A stretch of DNA of 57,279 nucleotides, counting the filler, from Dimargaris cristalligena (lineage: Eukaryota), in the NCBI GenBank assembly GCA_003614675.1. It is 3 parts of 3 records of this genome, joined end to end, with 100 filler letters (N's around TTAATTAATTAA, not from the genome) between each part and the next. Parts side by side here need not be neighbours in the genome. Positions count along the whole stretch, not along the records: positions 1 to 19,029 come from ML002742.1; positions 19,130 to 38,155 come from ML002743.1; 1 more part is not named here. One strand, 5' to 3'. The position numbers and the translations under genes are program-made. Under the pieces are notes generated by a model. The model was not told where the DNA came from and did no database searches. It saw only the letters and a program-made list of their open reading frames with translations. Each line of letters starts with the position of its first letter. Position 1 is the first letter of the stretch. Positions 12,546 through 25,241 of this stretch are shown here, piece by piece.

Positions 12546-15500
12546 AATCGACGCACGGTACGGATGGCGCAAAATAAGGACTGGAAATAGGAGGGTGGTG
12601 AAGGTAAAGTATCCCTCCTGAAACTGACTTGTACAAAAAAAAAAGAAGAGGGGAACCAAAGAGAGCGAGATAGAGAGGGTTGTTAAGAGCAGCGAGGTGT
12701 ACTATCCACCAATACTAGCGGTGGGGCGGTTGTTGGGATTGGTATAAAGTCCGACACTTGGGGACCGTAAGGTGGTCGTAACGCGTGGAGGAAGAGACCG
12801 TGGAAAAAAAGGGAACTCGCTCAAATGCGCAAAGTAGGAGTGGCGGATGTTCCTGTAGGTTTCAGGGCGGAAGTAGTTGGAAGTACAGACAGTTCGCGGG
12901 GAATAACGCAGTGAAGAAGGCCGAATCGTAACACCAAAGTAGACGTAAAAATTATGGGCGGGTTCAACTAAAATATATGAGGACGAGGTAAGCTATGTAC
13001 AATGGGGTAACGGAAATGTAGCGGGGCACAGAGGGGGCGAACGGGCTGTGTGGGGCGTGCCTAGGATGAACTGGGGCCAAAGGGACTAGGGCGGATTACT
13101 GAAAAGAGGAGGGTTAAGGGGGGGGAGAATGAAGAGGGGTGTTGGGCTAACCAGCGGCTTAGAGGGGAAACAACCAGGAGAGCTAGGCGGGAATAGGCAC
13201 AGGAGAGGAGGAGAGGAGCCTGTTATAATAAAAAGAGGTTAAGAATGGGATTGGTGGGCTACAATAGCTGCTAGCAATTACCCCAAGCGATAAGAAGATT
13301 TGCCCGACCTGAACCGGTGGAGTGGAATCTGTAGGAGGGGGTCAGAGCGTCAGAGGAAAAGAACGGAGGAAGGAGTGTGTGTGTGTTTTGTAGCTCTTGC
13401 TCCTAGTTATCCAGGCCAGTAATCCTCTGCAGTGGTGTTTAGGTAGAGTATCAGACGACAGAAGGAGGAGGGGGGATTTTACATTAGCTGCTCTCACTCA
13501 CTCACAAGACTGCGGGAGAGCGACAAGCGATGGGTGTTCAAAAAAGATCAAGGAGCTACCTAAACGTGGGTGGGCCAGTTATAATAAAGACTATGATAGA
13601 GCAATAAAGGAAGGCAAAAGAGCATACGGTGGCTGGATCACCACGAAGTTTTATATACTATCCTGCATATATTCTAGGACCTTTCTTCTCAATCCAAAAG
13701 GATGTATGCGCATACCACCAAAGGGGGTGACTATAGAAAAGGGCAGGGTGCATATGGCTTCTGTCTACACACCCACCTCTTTCGCCTTCCCATTAAAGTC
13801 CGTTGGTATTTTTAGGTTGGACTACTACTGGACCGCTTGGCCTTAGTTTGGTTTATTTTTACTCTCTTCACCCGTCCATTTTATACACCATTGGCCACCC
13901 ACCCCATTTAGGGGAGGTCAGAAACAACAAACGGAGTGGGACACAGTTAATATGAGAAGGTATGTTTCCCCCGGTATGGCCTATAGCCGTCTACGGCCAG
14001 AAAGGCGGAGCGATACCCCCCCCTCCATGGTCTTCCGTGCATGGAGTACCACAGCAGGTCCGACCCCGCAGACTATTCGGTGGGCTTCTGCAGGTAGAAT
14101 CACAGCGGGCTAGTCGCCATTCTGCTGTTGGCATCGTGGCGGGTCACACCCACTTTTTCACTTTCGATTTTGGGGGAAACGCATTAGGGGAGAGGGGAAG
14201 GGAGGCCTTCTTCCACCACCGCGCAACACTGCTGCGACATCCTTGATGACTGCAATAGTGTACAGTTTCCGCCAGATGCGGTAACATGACGGTAAAAAAA
14301 ATCGAGAGAATGGGGAGGAGAAGGGCAACGCTTTCACATCTTTTTTCGCTTGTGGAGTGACCCACGTGTGGTTCCCCCTCCCATCTTGGGCGAGCCTCAG
14401 TCACTACTATACGTCTGGCTAACTACTACACCCCCCCACACATATCTCACCCCCCTCCTGTAACCCAACCCCCTAATCCGGTCATTGAATAGAAACCCCT
14501 GGGGCCGTTTGGGCCATTTTTTATCGCTTTTAGGTATTTTCAATATTTACCCAGGCAGCATCGTAAATGATGCGAGTTTTATCCCAAGCCCTCTAGATGG
14601 GGCCATACGACCCTCCTTATTACAGATCCCACACTGAATTACGAACGGCACTTTGTTTTCTACCAGGTTGGTAAATAATAACTTTGGAGTCCCCCGCCCC
14701 CGTTAACCCCCTCGTTAGATGGGCAAACGGAGCCTTTAAATTTACCTCTAACTTCACCACAAACCTGTCTATTTTAGGACGGGGGGATTTCTCCAAAAGG
14801 TACGTAATATGGTTAACCTCTGATTGGATAAGGTAATTGTCGTTATTATTGTTAATGCCGGTAAATCCAGAACATGGTCCACCTAACCACCACACATTTC
14901 AACTGTCCTGAGAAAAAATGGTCACAGAGGAGGTGGGTGGATCCAAGGTAAAAATTGATTCACCCCCTTCTTCCATCGCAAAGGCCAGCCGCCCAGCTCA
15001 TTCATGGATGGCATCCTCTACAGTGCTAATGGGTATAAGCCGGAGTCAATAATCCGATAGATACGGCAATAATTGGGGTGCTTCTAAAGACTTATTCGTA
15101 CGGTGGTGGGGGGGAGGGTCATCTAGTCGGGCCCTTTCAACCTTACACTCTTACAATCTACGACCGTGCGTTGGTTACATTGGATATGGCAAAGTGATCG
15201 CGATGAACAGGCCCATATATTATAGGATATATCAATAACTTCTACTTCATGCCCCCCTCTAATTTCATTTTTTTATTAATATAAATGTTGAGTTGCTAGG
15301 TAAACATTTACTATTGGCCTAGACTGGGTTTACACTGGGCCCCCACTCGGCCTTTCGTTTGGTGATAATGGTATAGTAGCCAATTATCCCCCCTGTCTAA
15401 CCCGCTTCAAGTATGGCTAATCGTTGGCGCCTAGGACCCCATAGCTACCAATGGCATCGCGATTCAAGTTTCCACTGGCGGGACATATCGTCAAATCCGT

Positions 15501-15834
15501 TAGGCCAGCGTCACACAGCCAGGCCCTTTGTTGTTGATGACCATAGACCATCAAAAGTCAAGTAGTGGCGCATAATCAGACACTCATTTGGATCGGAGCT
15601 GGTCGGTCATAACCCTCCTATACAGCCAAATGGACAGTCTTGGTCAAGAGCACATTGGACAGGTAGTTTAGTAATTTTAATGAGCAGGTATTGCTTGATT
15701 CGTTGGATTAAATATGCCCACCCTTCAACCAACAACAGCAGCAGCAAAAACAACAATAACAAAACAAAAACGGAGTAACTAAAGGGGACACGTCCCTGAT
15801 CCAGCATTCTGGATCCCATCTGGGGGATGGGTAA

Positions 15835-17004
15835 TTAAGCCGACTTGGACTTGATGACGGGTTCGGCCAGGTTAGGCCCGTTATTCAGGGGCACAATCTG
15901 ATTCGGGTTAATTTGGGTGTGGCTCATATAATAGTGCCGCTTGATGTGTTCCATGTCCACGGTCTCGGCCACTCGGGGCATCTGGTAGACCTGGCGGGCC
16001 CAGCGGAGAATGTTGGGGTAGTCAGCCGCGATAGTCTTGAGGTTACATTTGAAGTGGCCGTGATACACGGGATCGAAGCGCAGCACGGTGGTGAACAGGC
16101 GAATATCGGCTTCAGTGAATTTGCCGTCACCGAGCAGGAACTCGCGGTCCTTCAGAAGGGCTTCGACCCGGTCCAACGACTCGAATACCAGGCGGCAGTT
16201 TTCCTCGTAGGGGGCCTGCTTGGTGGCGAAACCGGCCTTGTACACACCATTGTTAATACCGTCGTAAATCCAGGAGTTAATTTCGTCGATTTGATCACGC
16301 ATATTCTCAGGGTAGTAGTCCAAATCCCGCTTGGATTCGGGGATGAATTCATTAAAGGCGGTGTTAAACATCCGGATGATTTCCGAGCTTTCGTTGTTCA
16401 CAATGGTACCCAGTTTCTTGTCCCATAGAATGGGAACGGTGAACCGGGCGGTGTAGTTGGGGTCGGCCTTGTAGTACAGGTCGCTGGCGTACTGGGCGTC
16501 GTTGACCGAGTCCGGAATGGCGCCAGGGCATTCCTCCGGGGTGCTGAACTTCCAGCCCTTGGGGCCCAGGAGGTAGTCGACCACCGAGACACTGATGATA
16601 TCCTCGAGTCCTTTCAGAGCGCGGACAATGAGGGTGCGGTGGGCCCAGGGGCAGGCCAGACTGACATACAGGTGGTAACGGCCGGGTTCAGCAGCGAATT
16701 GGGCCTCGGGCTGGGACTCGATTTGGTTCCGGAAGGAAGAGACCTGGCGGTTGAAGGCGCCAGACTTGTTGTCGGCCCAGCGCTGGATAGCGGGAAGCTT
16801 GGTGGTTTCGGCCATTTTGGGAAAAGTGACGGGAGCGGTAGGAGGGGAAGAGCGAGAAGTGGAAGAAGTAGAGAAGGAATGAGTAGCAGTCCAGGAAGAG
16901 GTGGCGGAATGAAGGAAGGGAGAGGCAAGGAGGGCGGGTTTGCCGGTGGTTAATATTGTAGAGTGGCGAAGGGGAGAAAATACACAGCGTGTGAGTTGAA
17001 ACAT
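15835..17004 (-). CDS. ECM4: Glutathionyl-hydroquinone reductase / omega-xi class glutathione transferase (Ecm4/YqjG family)
   Basis: Motifs YHLYVSLACPWAHR, TVPILWD, NNESSEI, NNGVYKAGFA and HIKRHYYMSH. Intronless 389 aa with an N-terminal presequence-like extension. Confidence 0.93.
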   Translation of the reverse strand: MFQLTRCVFSPLRHSTILTTGKPALLASPFLHSATSSWTATHSFSTSSTSRSSPPTAPVTFPKMAETTKLPAIQRWADNKSGAFNRQVSSFRNQIESQPEAQFAAEPGRYHLYVSLACPWAHRTLIVRALKGLEDIISVSVVDYLLGPKGWKFSTPEECPGAIPDSVNDAQYASDLYYKADPNYTARFTVPILWDKKLGTIVNNESSEIIRMFNTAFNEFIPESKRDLDYYPENMRDQIDEINSWIYDGINNGVYKAGFATKQAPYEENCRLVFESLDRVEALLKDREFLLGDGKFTEADIRLFTTVLRFDPVYHGHFKCNLKTIAADYPNILRWARQVYQMPRVAETVDMEHIKRHYYMSHTQINPNQIVPLNNGPNLAEPVIKSKSA

Positions 17005-17883
17005 GGGTAAAGCTGAGGGAGTTTAAAGTTTGAAAGGGGAAGAAGTCCATTGAATATATATATATATCTAAAGACGTGCAAAAGTGGACACCCACAAGTG
17101 GTTCGCACTTTGGATAAAGCAGTGACACTCACTGCAGATTGGTACTACGTTAGGAACGAAATACGCGGACAGCTGGGAAAATCGGGTGTAGAGACAAATT
17201 AGATGGTATAAGCAAGGGTCGCGGGGGAAAGATAGGGGAGGAAATGAGCACCTTGAAGCTGTAACGCCCTGGGTGCTTACAAAGTGAGGTAACACTTAAC
17301 CAATGGGTTTGGGTGAATTACTAACGCCGATGCTGCTTATTAACCACTTCACAGGTGGTTGACAGTTCTTGAGTCTTCTATCGCCTTACATTGCTCCAGC
17401 CAATCTATTTCATCCTAATCGTGAAACGGACCTATCAGCAATAAGCCCCCCATGTTGTGTAAGCTACACCACTATCTTTTCCCACTTGTTTAGGGAGGCT
17501 CAAATAGCCCAGTATTTATCAGCCAGCATACTGCCGATAAGCATCGGGATATGTCATCCTTCAGCCATGAGCATGCTCAACACTACTATGCTAAAGTAGA
17601 CCACGTACTATACTACAGCTCGTCCGAGACTGCTTAATATAATACTCACAAAAGATAAGACGGAATCGGTTTATATTCAACACACTCACAAAATGCTTAC
17701 AGTCCCGAGAACCACCCACACAGTTCATTCCAATTTCTCAGCATCCTTATAGTATTAGATTGGCCATGTGTAATAGTACTATCAGCCCAAATGGGTAACG
17801 GGCCTTTCGTCATGAACGGAATAAATGGACGGACATCCAACCACACACCAGTTAGATAATAAAAATAAAGAGGTCTTTGCCAA

Positions 17884-19029
17884 CTATTCGGCCTTTAGCC
17901 GCTGCTGACCCATACTAAGCAAGGCCGAGCGACCCACCACCACCGTCACTACCGTCAAACCGGCCAGATAAGGCAGAGTTTGCAGTAAATTCCAGCGGGT
18001 CCAGAACAGGGCATAGAGGATCCCGTAGCCCACTAGACAGCCCCAGAAGGTCAAACGGGGCACATCAGCCGCGGCGCACACCGAACTCACCACGCCCTGG
18101 CCATGGTCGGCGCAACCCCCGCTGAGGGCATACCAGGCCCCCAGGAGCCCCACGAAGGGTACCAGGGCCAACAGGGCGAAGATCAATGGAAACAGTACGA
18201 ACGGCTGTTTCGGGGCCGGACGCGGTGTGTGATGGATCTCGGGCAATGCGACGAGGGACGGGGTGTCCAGGGCTAGGGTACCCGTGGCCGCTGACGACGT
18301 CGGGCTATCCGGGGCGGTTTTGCCATTTTGGAAGGACGGGATATTGAAGGCGGCAATCCGGCGGCGTAAGCCATCGGCCACCGAAAAAGTGCCCAGCACG
18401 ATGTCCGCGTCATAGACCCCGGTGTGGGATTTGAACAGCGCTTCGAGGGTTTTGAGGCGGAGTTGCAGCGAGTACTGCCCCTGGCGGGTCGAATCAAACA
18501 CGCGGACCAGTTCGTGGCCGTGGTCCCGGTGGGTCAGAATCAGAAACGCCTGGTGGGCCCGGATGGGCTGGGTCGTTTGGCCCATCGCCAGCTCGGCAGT
18601 GAACTTGATGTCGACTTGATCGGTTTTGGCGAGGGCAATGGGCATTCCACTACATTACAGGGTCCGTTAAGAGATACCAAAGTAGTCGCGTATATAAATA
18701 AATAAATATGTATATATATATAGGGCGGGCACTGCGTATAGTTGACCTTCTCATAATCCACAGCTAGCTTAATATCAAGAAAGTCTGGAATACTCCCTAC
18801 TCTAAGATGGCCTGGTCCCGCCGAGTGGGCCAAGCTGTTTGAGGTTTGATCCCGAAATGGACTGAATCCTGAGATGAGAGAGCCTGAGATGAAGTGGGTC
18901 GGACCAAAGAGCCTAAGGCTTTAGTCTTTCTCTGCTACTTACCTATCGCTGAACGACTGGGCATCGGCGTTGCCAGTAATGGACACACTATCGGCGGAGA
19001 TTCGCCAAGTCGACTGTTGTGCAAATGAG
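17884..19029 (-). CDS. SWP1: Oligosaccharyltransferase subunit Swp1/ribophorin II, 3' part (5' end lost at contig break)
   Basis: Motifs RAHQAFLIL, LPEIHHTPRPAPKQP, C-terminal TM segments and FWTRWNLLQTLPYL. Short AT-rich intron at about 18650-18732 (donor position uncertain). Confidence 0.85.
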
Positions 19030-19129
19030 NNNNNNNNNNNNNNNNNNNNNNNNNNNNNNNNNNNNNNNNNNNNTTAATTAATTAANNNNNNNNNNNNNNN
19101 NNNNNNNNNNNNNNNNNNNNNNNNNNNNN
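19030..19129. other. Artificial contig linker (N44-TTAATTAATTAA-N44)
   Basis: 100 bp with a six-frame stop spacer. An identical structure is at 38156-38255. Confidence 0.98.
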
Positions 19130-19604
19130 GTTGTTACCGTTGTAGTCCCCGCGTCCTCGACCACCACGGAAGCTACCCCGGCCGCGCTGGCCGTTGTTGT
19201 TGTAGGGACGGTTACCACCGGTACGGACACCCTGCTCGGCGGCGAAGTCAACCTTGATTTGACGGCCGTCCAGCTCGTAACCATTGAGCTTCTCAATGGC
19301 CTCTAGGGCAGCCTCGTGGGTAGCGTAGGTCACGAACCCGAAGCCACGGCTGCGCTCTGTTGATACGGGGAACACAAAGGGGGTGCTAGAACGAGGTTAG
19401 CGCTTGCGCGGGCAGCTGGGGGGTAAGGCGGGGTAGATGATGAAGAAGAGGGATACATTATTTGGAGGGGAGGGGGAACTTACGGGTTTCGCGGTCTTGA
19501 ACAACGGTAGCCTGGGTGACCTCACCGAACTGGCCGAAGAGCTCGTAGAGATGGTCCTGGGTGGTGTTCCAGGACAGGGATCCGACAAACAAACGGCAGG
19601 ACAT
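19130..19604 (-). CDS. Glycine-rich RNA-binding protein (single RRM + RGG tail; GRP/CIRBP-like), 3' truncated
   Basis: Exon 1 19604-19484 MSCRLFVGSLSWNTT (RNP2), intron 19483-19357, exon 2 RSRGFGFVTY (RNP1)...LDGRQIKVDFA...RGRGSFRGGRGRG. Confidence 0.9.
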
Positions 19605-21204
19605 GGTGGTGTAGTTGGGGGAGGAGGGGGATGGAGATTGAGACGAGGACGGATCACCAAAGATGGTGAAGAAGAAACGGAGGAAAAGGCGGGTAAAGGG
19701 GAGAGAGGGGAGCCGGGCGGGGAGCTGAACTTAGGGTAGTTGGGGTGCCCCAGCTTCGGGTATTCTCGCACTCACTCTCTTTTCTTCTCCCCCATCCGGC
19801 GTTTTTTTCCAACCTTCGGTGAGAAAATGGGGGACAAGGATGGGGCGCATACATACCCCAAGGAATAAAAGGCAATGGGAAGGGGTCACGTGGGTCTATT
19901 CCCTTTGATTTTCGATTAATCATTATCAGTACTATACTACTACTACTGACAAGCAGGTTTTCACTGATTCCACTTTGGTTGGAAAGGGAAGGAAGGGACC
20001 GCCGATCCATTGTTATTGGTCACCCCCAACCAGCCAACCGCTAGTGGTTCTTCAGAGTAAGAAGCTGGTTTCGAGACCACTGCCACAGTGCCTCGAAACA
20101 CCATCGGCCGCCCGTCTTTTAAATCCCCAAATGCACTCCAAACCGGCCCCCTCACTCTAGAACTGCCGTGGGCATCGGCTCAGTGTGGATATACATTAAC
20201 TAGTGAACGACCATCGGGCGGCTAGGGCGGGTAATATCCTAAAGTAATCCTGCCCACATACACACCCAGTTCTACATGACTGTAATTGCAGCCGCTAAGT
20301 GGGACAGCTACCCTAGAACTGAACATGCGACGGGTCCCAATACCTCAGGGCCCCCACTCAGTGAAGCGCGAACTGCTGCCGACCCGACCCGCAATGCAAT
20401 CCCAGAGAACAGAAACGAATCTATTGACCAGAACCCCAGACTCGTTGATACATATATAGCCTGCGTTAGAGGGTTGTTGCGAGGAGTGGGAAGGAACAGG
20501 GCACGAGGGGCGGAAGGGTTTCCTGCCACTGGATATAGTGTGGTATGCTAATAGATACTCGATAATAAGTAGGGGGATACTAATGGATATACTGGAAGAA
20601 CGGGAAATATTTGGGGATGGCTATGGAAACACTAGGAAGGATACTCAAGACAGGAACACGTTTTCCTGGAGACGTTCACATAAGATGGTCTGTTTTATTC
20701 ATAGATTGGAAATGCTGGTGCTATGTATACAGCATCAGCAGGCATAAGGCGAATAGCGAATTATAGCAAGTTAGGGATAGAGACCAAAAGTTCGCTGTGG
20801 CAGATTCGATGACGAATGGCCGCAGCGCTAAAAATCATAAAATGGACGAAACCAGTGGGATTTTGGCATCAATTTGGAATATGAATAATCGGGACAAACT
20901 AGTATAGACTAGAGAAGGCCCATTTCTAATTGGATTAGACATGCGCGCTGCGGATCATAGCTAAGTTTCCAATTAAAAATGGAGATTGAAATGGTAAAAA
21001 TGTTTCACTCATATCTTATTAAAATAACAATTTATACTTTAACCTAAGAAACTCAAATTCCCCTCTCGGGCCTCAGTGCACGGTAAACCTTCCGCCGGTC
21101 CCTCTTGGCCACCCATCATATAATCAGCCATACTTTCCAGCTTAAAAATAGAGGTCGACTCGCCTTAGATATAACTTAGGTTAGATCGATGTATATGGGC
21201 TAGG

Positions 21205-24200
21205 TCAAATAAGCTCGATCCCATTCAGAAGACTAGGGTTGATGTCCGGATGGATTGGTTCATCTGATTGTAGGGACAAAACGGCAGCGGCCTGCCCTTG
21301 GTTGACTATTTGCATCAGGCTCACAAGGCTTGGTTGGGCGTTCTGGGGGGCACTCTGAAAATACCAGGTAAGTCCGGCCACCAACGTACCCACTAGACTG
21401 AAATCAGCTCATTGAAAGAGACCCAATCATATTAAGTTGCATTATTAAGAGTCAGTTATATGGGCAAACACCACATCAGATCTAGATTAGATAAATGCAA
21501 TCATGTTCCCCAGGGAGGCGTCCGACCATCACACATCCATTATTCCCTCAGCTGGAGGAATTATAAGATGCCTATGGTTGTACACAGTCAAACAATGAGA
21601 ATACTCTCATTAAAGCCAATCTCACTTACCTGTCCCCGGCACCCGCCACACTCCGGATGCTGGTACATAAATGGGCCGGGATATAAGCTAGTTCGATGGT
21701 GAGCGGGTATCCACCATCAATCGGGATAAAGCCCGCCACTTGCCACGCCGCCGTTCCCGACGGAAACCGCTCGGAAGGTAATTCAAGGGGGCGAATGGGC
21801 TGGGATAACCCACCTGGTATCCCGGTCGAGTCATCTGAGGACTGAGCCCGGTAGGCCCGAACAATAAGAACCCCTATGCTACCCAGTTTGACTACCAAGT
21901 TAGGCACGATGGTGGTAACGAGCATAAGGGCTTGTTTTAACATAGTTTGGGCAGTGGCGGGGGCTATAGTAGTAGCAGTAGAGCCCCCGGGCATGGAATC
22001 GGGACCCGTTTGTCGTCCACGACGGGCCATTACGGTTGCCCATGGGTGATGTAAGTTGGACACCAGTTGGCTGACATTGGCATCCCAACCATCCTGCCAG
22101 GCCGTAAGGGACTCCAAAGCCCCAAAGAGGGCGGCCAACTCGCTCCGGTCAGGAGTGGCGTAGTTTACCACCGGGTGACTGCTAGTCAGGCGACTAAGAG
22201 TCTGACGAAAACCTGGACCATCTGATATTCCCATACTGGTATGGAGGTGTTGCCATGCCTCAATAAGCTTAATGGCCTTTGGCCCCGAGGTGGGCTCGAA
22301 GACCGTACATAAGCAAGGCTGATACTGAGGGTGGATCACGCGGGCCACAGTAGAAGGAGCTAGGTTGCCATCGAAGCAGAGCACAGTGGGAGCACCCATC
22401 CTTGTCGGGTGGGCCAATAATCCAGTGAGGAGGGCATCCAATGCGTCAGTTGGCCCTTGAGTTAAAATGGCCATATCCGCTACCGCCACCACCAGCTCCC
22501 CATCGGGGCTATGCACCGCATTGTACACCGCCGTGGACTGGCCGGAGACGACTGACACATGGTCCGTTGCAATGGAATGTCGGGCCATATGGTCAGTAAT
22601 GCGTGCTCCATTGGTATCGGCCCCAACCCAAGAAACGAACCGTGGAGCCAGGCCCAGTTGCTGGCAAACCCGAGCAATGTTATAGCCCACCCCTCCGGTG
22701 GAATAGCGGGTTTCCCCGGGGTTGGATGTCCGTGTGTATTGGTCCCAGGGCCGGTTGGGTGATACAAGGGTACCCGGGATTTCACCAGCTGCAATGGTGC
22801 TAATGATATCCGTTGCACAGCCCCCAGCAATAATCTGCTCACAATGATCAGTTGCGGTACCAGAGATGAGATAAGGAACAGGTCAAGATGTTGTAAATCG
22901 TAGTCATTAGTGTCATGAAGTTTTTAAAGCCATGTATATTACCGTCAATGGTTCTACACTCCTGTAAGGCTTACGTACTGGCGAGGCATTGGGGAGCGGG
23001 TCTGCGTTCGGTATAGTCCCATGGGTTTGGAAGAGATATGGTTGATGGCTCATACCCGAGGTAGTCTAGTTTACAAAAAGTGGGAGGGGGTGTGTGGCAT
23101 TAGCATGGATAATATATATAAAAATAGCCTTTAGATCACAATGAATACTGCTAGTTGCACAGGATTTTATTAAGGGAAAATGTAAAAATATAGTTAGAGG
23201 GTGGTCTACATTCCCCTCCCCAATCCTTTCTTTGTATACATCATACCCTACTAAGCCAGACGATACAATATAATTCAGGGAAGGTTATAGGTATATGTAT
23301 AGATATAGATATAAGTGGCCGGTTAGTTGTACATGGTAATGAGCTGAGGCCGTCCATGACAACCATCAAGGGCTATTTACTTTAGCTTTTCGCAGGTCAG
23401 CCAGCTCCCGGGCAATGGTACTTCCCACTGTCGCGTTGTTTTTGATAAGAGTAACATCTAAAGGAGAGAGGACCAACAACGAAGGAAGTAGTAATTAGTG
23501 ACAAGGGGCCAGGGTTATTCTTACTCATTAGCATGTGGAGCAGAGGTGAAGGCAATCTACCTGGCTCAATGGGGGGTGTAGCAGTGACTAAAAGAAATAT
23601 TCGGATAGCGGAGGCAAGTTAGGTTATACATACTGGCTTTTAACGATTCACCCTTGGTTAATTCATTCACCCGTTGGAGTAGGAATGGAGTGACGTCTTT
23701 GCCCGAAATACCTCGGTCGCTGGGGAATAGTAATCATCAAGGAGAGTCGGATAGATCATAATATCACAAAATATTAGTATAGTCGGGGGGGGGGGTTATT
23801 CTGGGTAATACCGTTACACCATCAAGTATAGTGGCTTTGGAATTAACAACCCTTAAAAAATCAGGGTGTGGCTAACATGTACAATGGTGGGCCTACCTAG
23901 CCTCTTGGATGGCTTGCTGAATACTCTGCTGGATAAGGGCACCATTGGCCGCCCCTTCGATGGGGATGGGCACGGCCAGAACCATTCCAGTCTGCAGAGG
24001 TAGGCCCAGCTGGGTAGCAACTAAATGGGCGCATTCCCGAGTACTGGAAGTGAACCAGGGACTGCGACAGCCACTGTCAGCTGCGAAAAAAGCCGGGAAG
24101 GCCGGCCCCGGCCCCACGGTAATAACCGGCACCCCCTGGGTCTCTAAGTACTCCAGAGTGCGAGGAATATCGAGAATGGATTTAGAGCCGGCGCAGACCA

Positions 24201-24828
24201 CCGCCACGGGGGTGCGGCCTAGCTCCGTCAAGTCCGCGCTAATGTCCAGGGACCGGTGGCCATCCCGATGAACCCCGCCGATACCCCCGGTGACAAATAG
24301 CGGGATGCCACACTGGTGGGCAATCAGCATAGTGGTAGCTACAGTGGTGGCCCCCGGTAAACGTCGGCTCAGGACAGCAGCCAAATCCCGGCGGGAGGTT
24401 TTGACGGGCTGGAGGGCAGCGGGATTCCCATTAGGCAGGCGGGCGGTTTCGCCGAGTGCGAGAAGACGGTCGTTGGTGAGTCCCACTTGAATGCGACCAC
24501 CCCAGACGGCAATGGTGGCAGGGGTGCAGCCTTGCTCGCGCACAATGGCCTCCACAGTTTGGGCCGTTTCGATATTGGCCGGGTAGGGCATCCCGTGGGT
24601 AATGATGGTGGACTCCAGGGCAACTACCGGCCGGCCCACGGCTAGGGCCTCGCGGACCTCGGGGGTAACCTGGACAAAGTCGGAGCTGAGCCAGGGAGCC
24701 GAAGGTGCGGCACGCGTGGGGTGGTAGGTTCGGGAATGGGAGGGGAACAGTGGGCGGTGGCTGCTCCGGGAAACGGGGCCGAGCGGGAGAAGGAAAGGTC
24801 GGGTTAGTTCCCGCAGAGAGCGTAGCAT
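21205..24828 (-). CDS. Bifunctional pseudouridine-5'-phosphate glycosidase (PsuG/IndA) - PfkB pseudouridine kinase (PsuK) fusion
   Basis: Exons 24828-23897, 23719-23634, 23457-23381, 23065-22943, 22834-21630 and 21397-21205 splice in frame. PsuG motifs: ALESTIITHGMPYP, TGGIGGVHR, DISADLTEL, GKDVTPFLL, IKNNA. PfkB motifs: GGVGYNIA, GAGDSLVG. Confidence 0.93.
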
Positions 24829-25241
24829 GGTGGATAGTCGCGTGGCAAGTGTAAAGGGGGAAAAGAACTGAATGCGGCAACTACAGTTGTGGAGGTCGGG
24901 CCAAGTCACATATGCTGTAGGGCGTTTCAAAGTCGACGGACCCAAGTGACTCGCCGCCACCACGGCCCACGCTGGACCAGTCATTGTCACGCGGTACAAC
25001 CAGTGGGTGAATGGGCGAGTGCCCTTTTCTGACTATAGCCCACCAGCGTTTTTCCAGGCACAAAGTATTAGAGAGAGGCCCTCGGAAACCGAAACCTCTT
25101 CCTTCATTATATGGTGCTGTCCTTTACTCTTTCCTATAGTTATAGCCCGAGCTAGCGTCCGGGACTAGGAGTGTTTTACTCCACCTTGTTATCTTCGTGC
25201 ATTTCTGCATTGCTCTTCCCTTGGTTCAGTTGCCCAACCCC

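Noticed and set aside
12660-15800. 3-kb gene-free region with short ORFs (for example 13397-13846) upstream of the Sec7 gene
   Set aside because: The ORFs lack codon bias and motifs. Most consistent with a long 5' UTR/promoter, and no tRNA or snRNA signature was recognised.
19030-19129. TTAATTAATTAA palindrome inside N runs (also 38156-38255)
   Set aside because: Artificial joiner. The contig lengths (19029, 19026, 19024 bp) look size-sorted, so adjacent contigs are unrelated.
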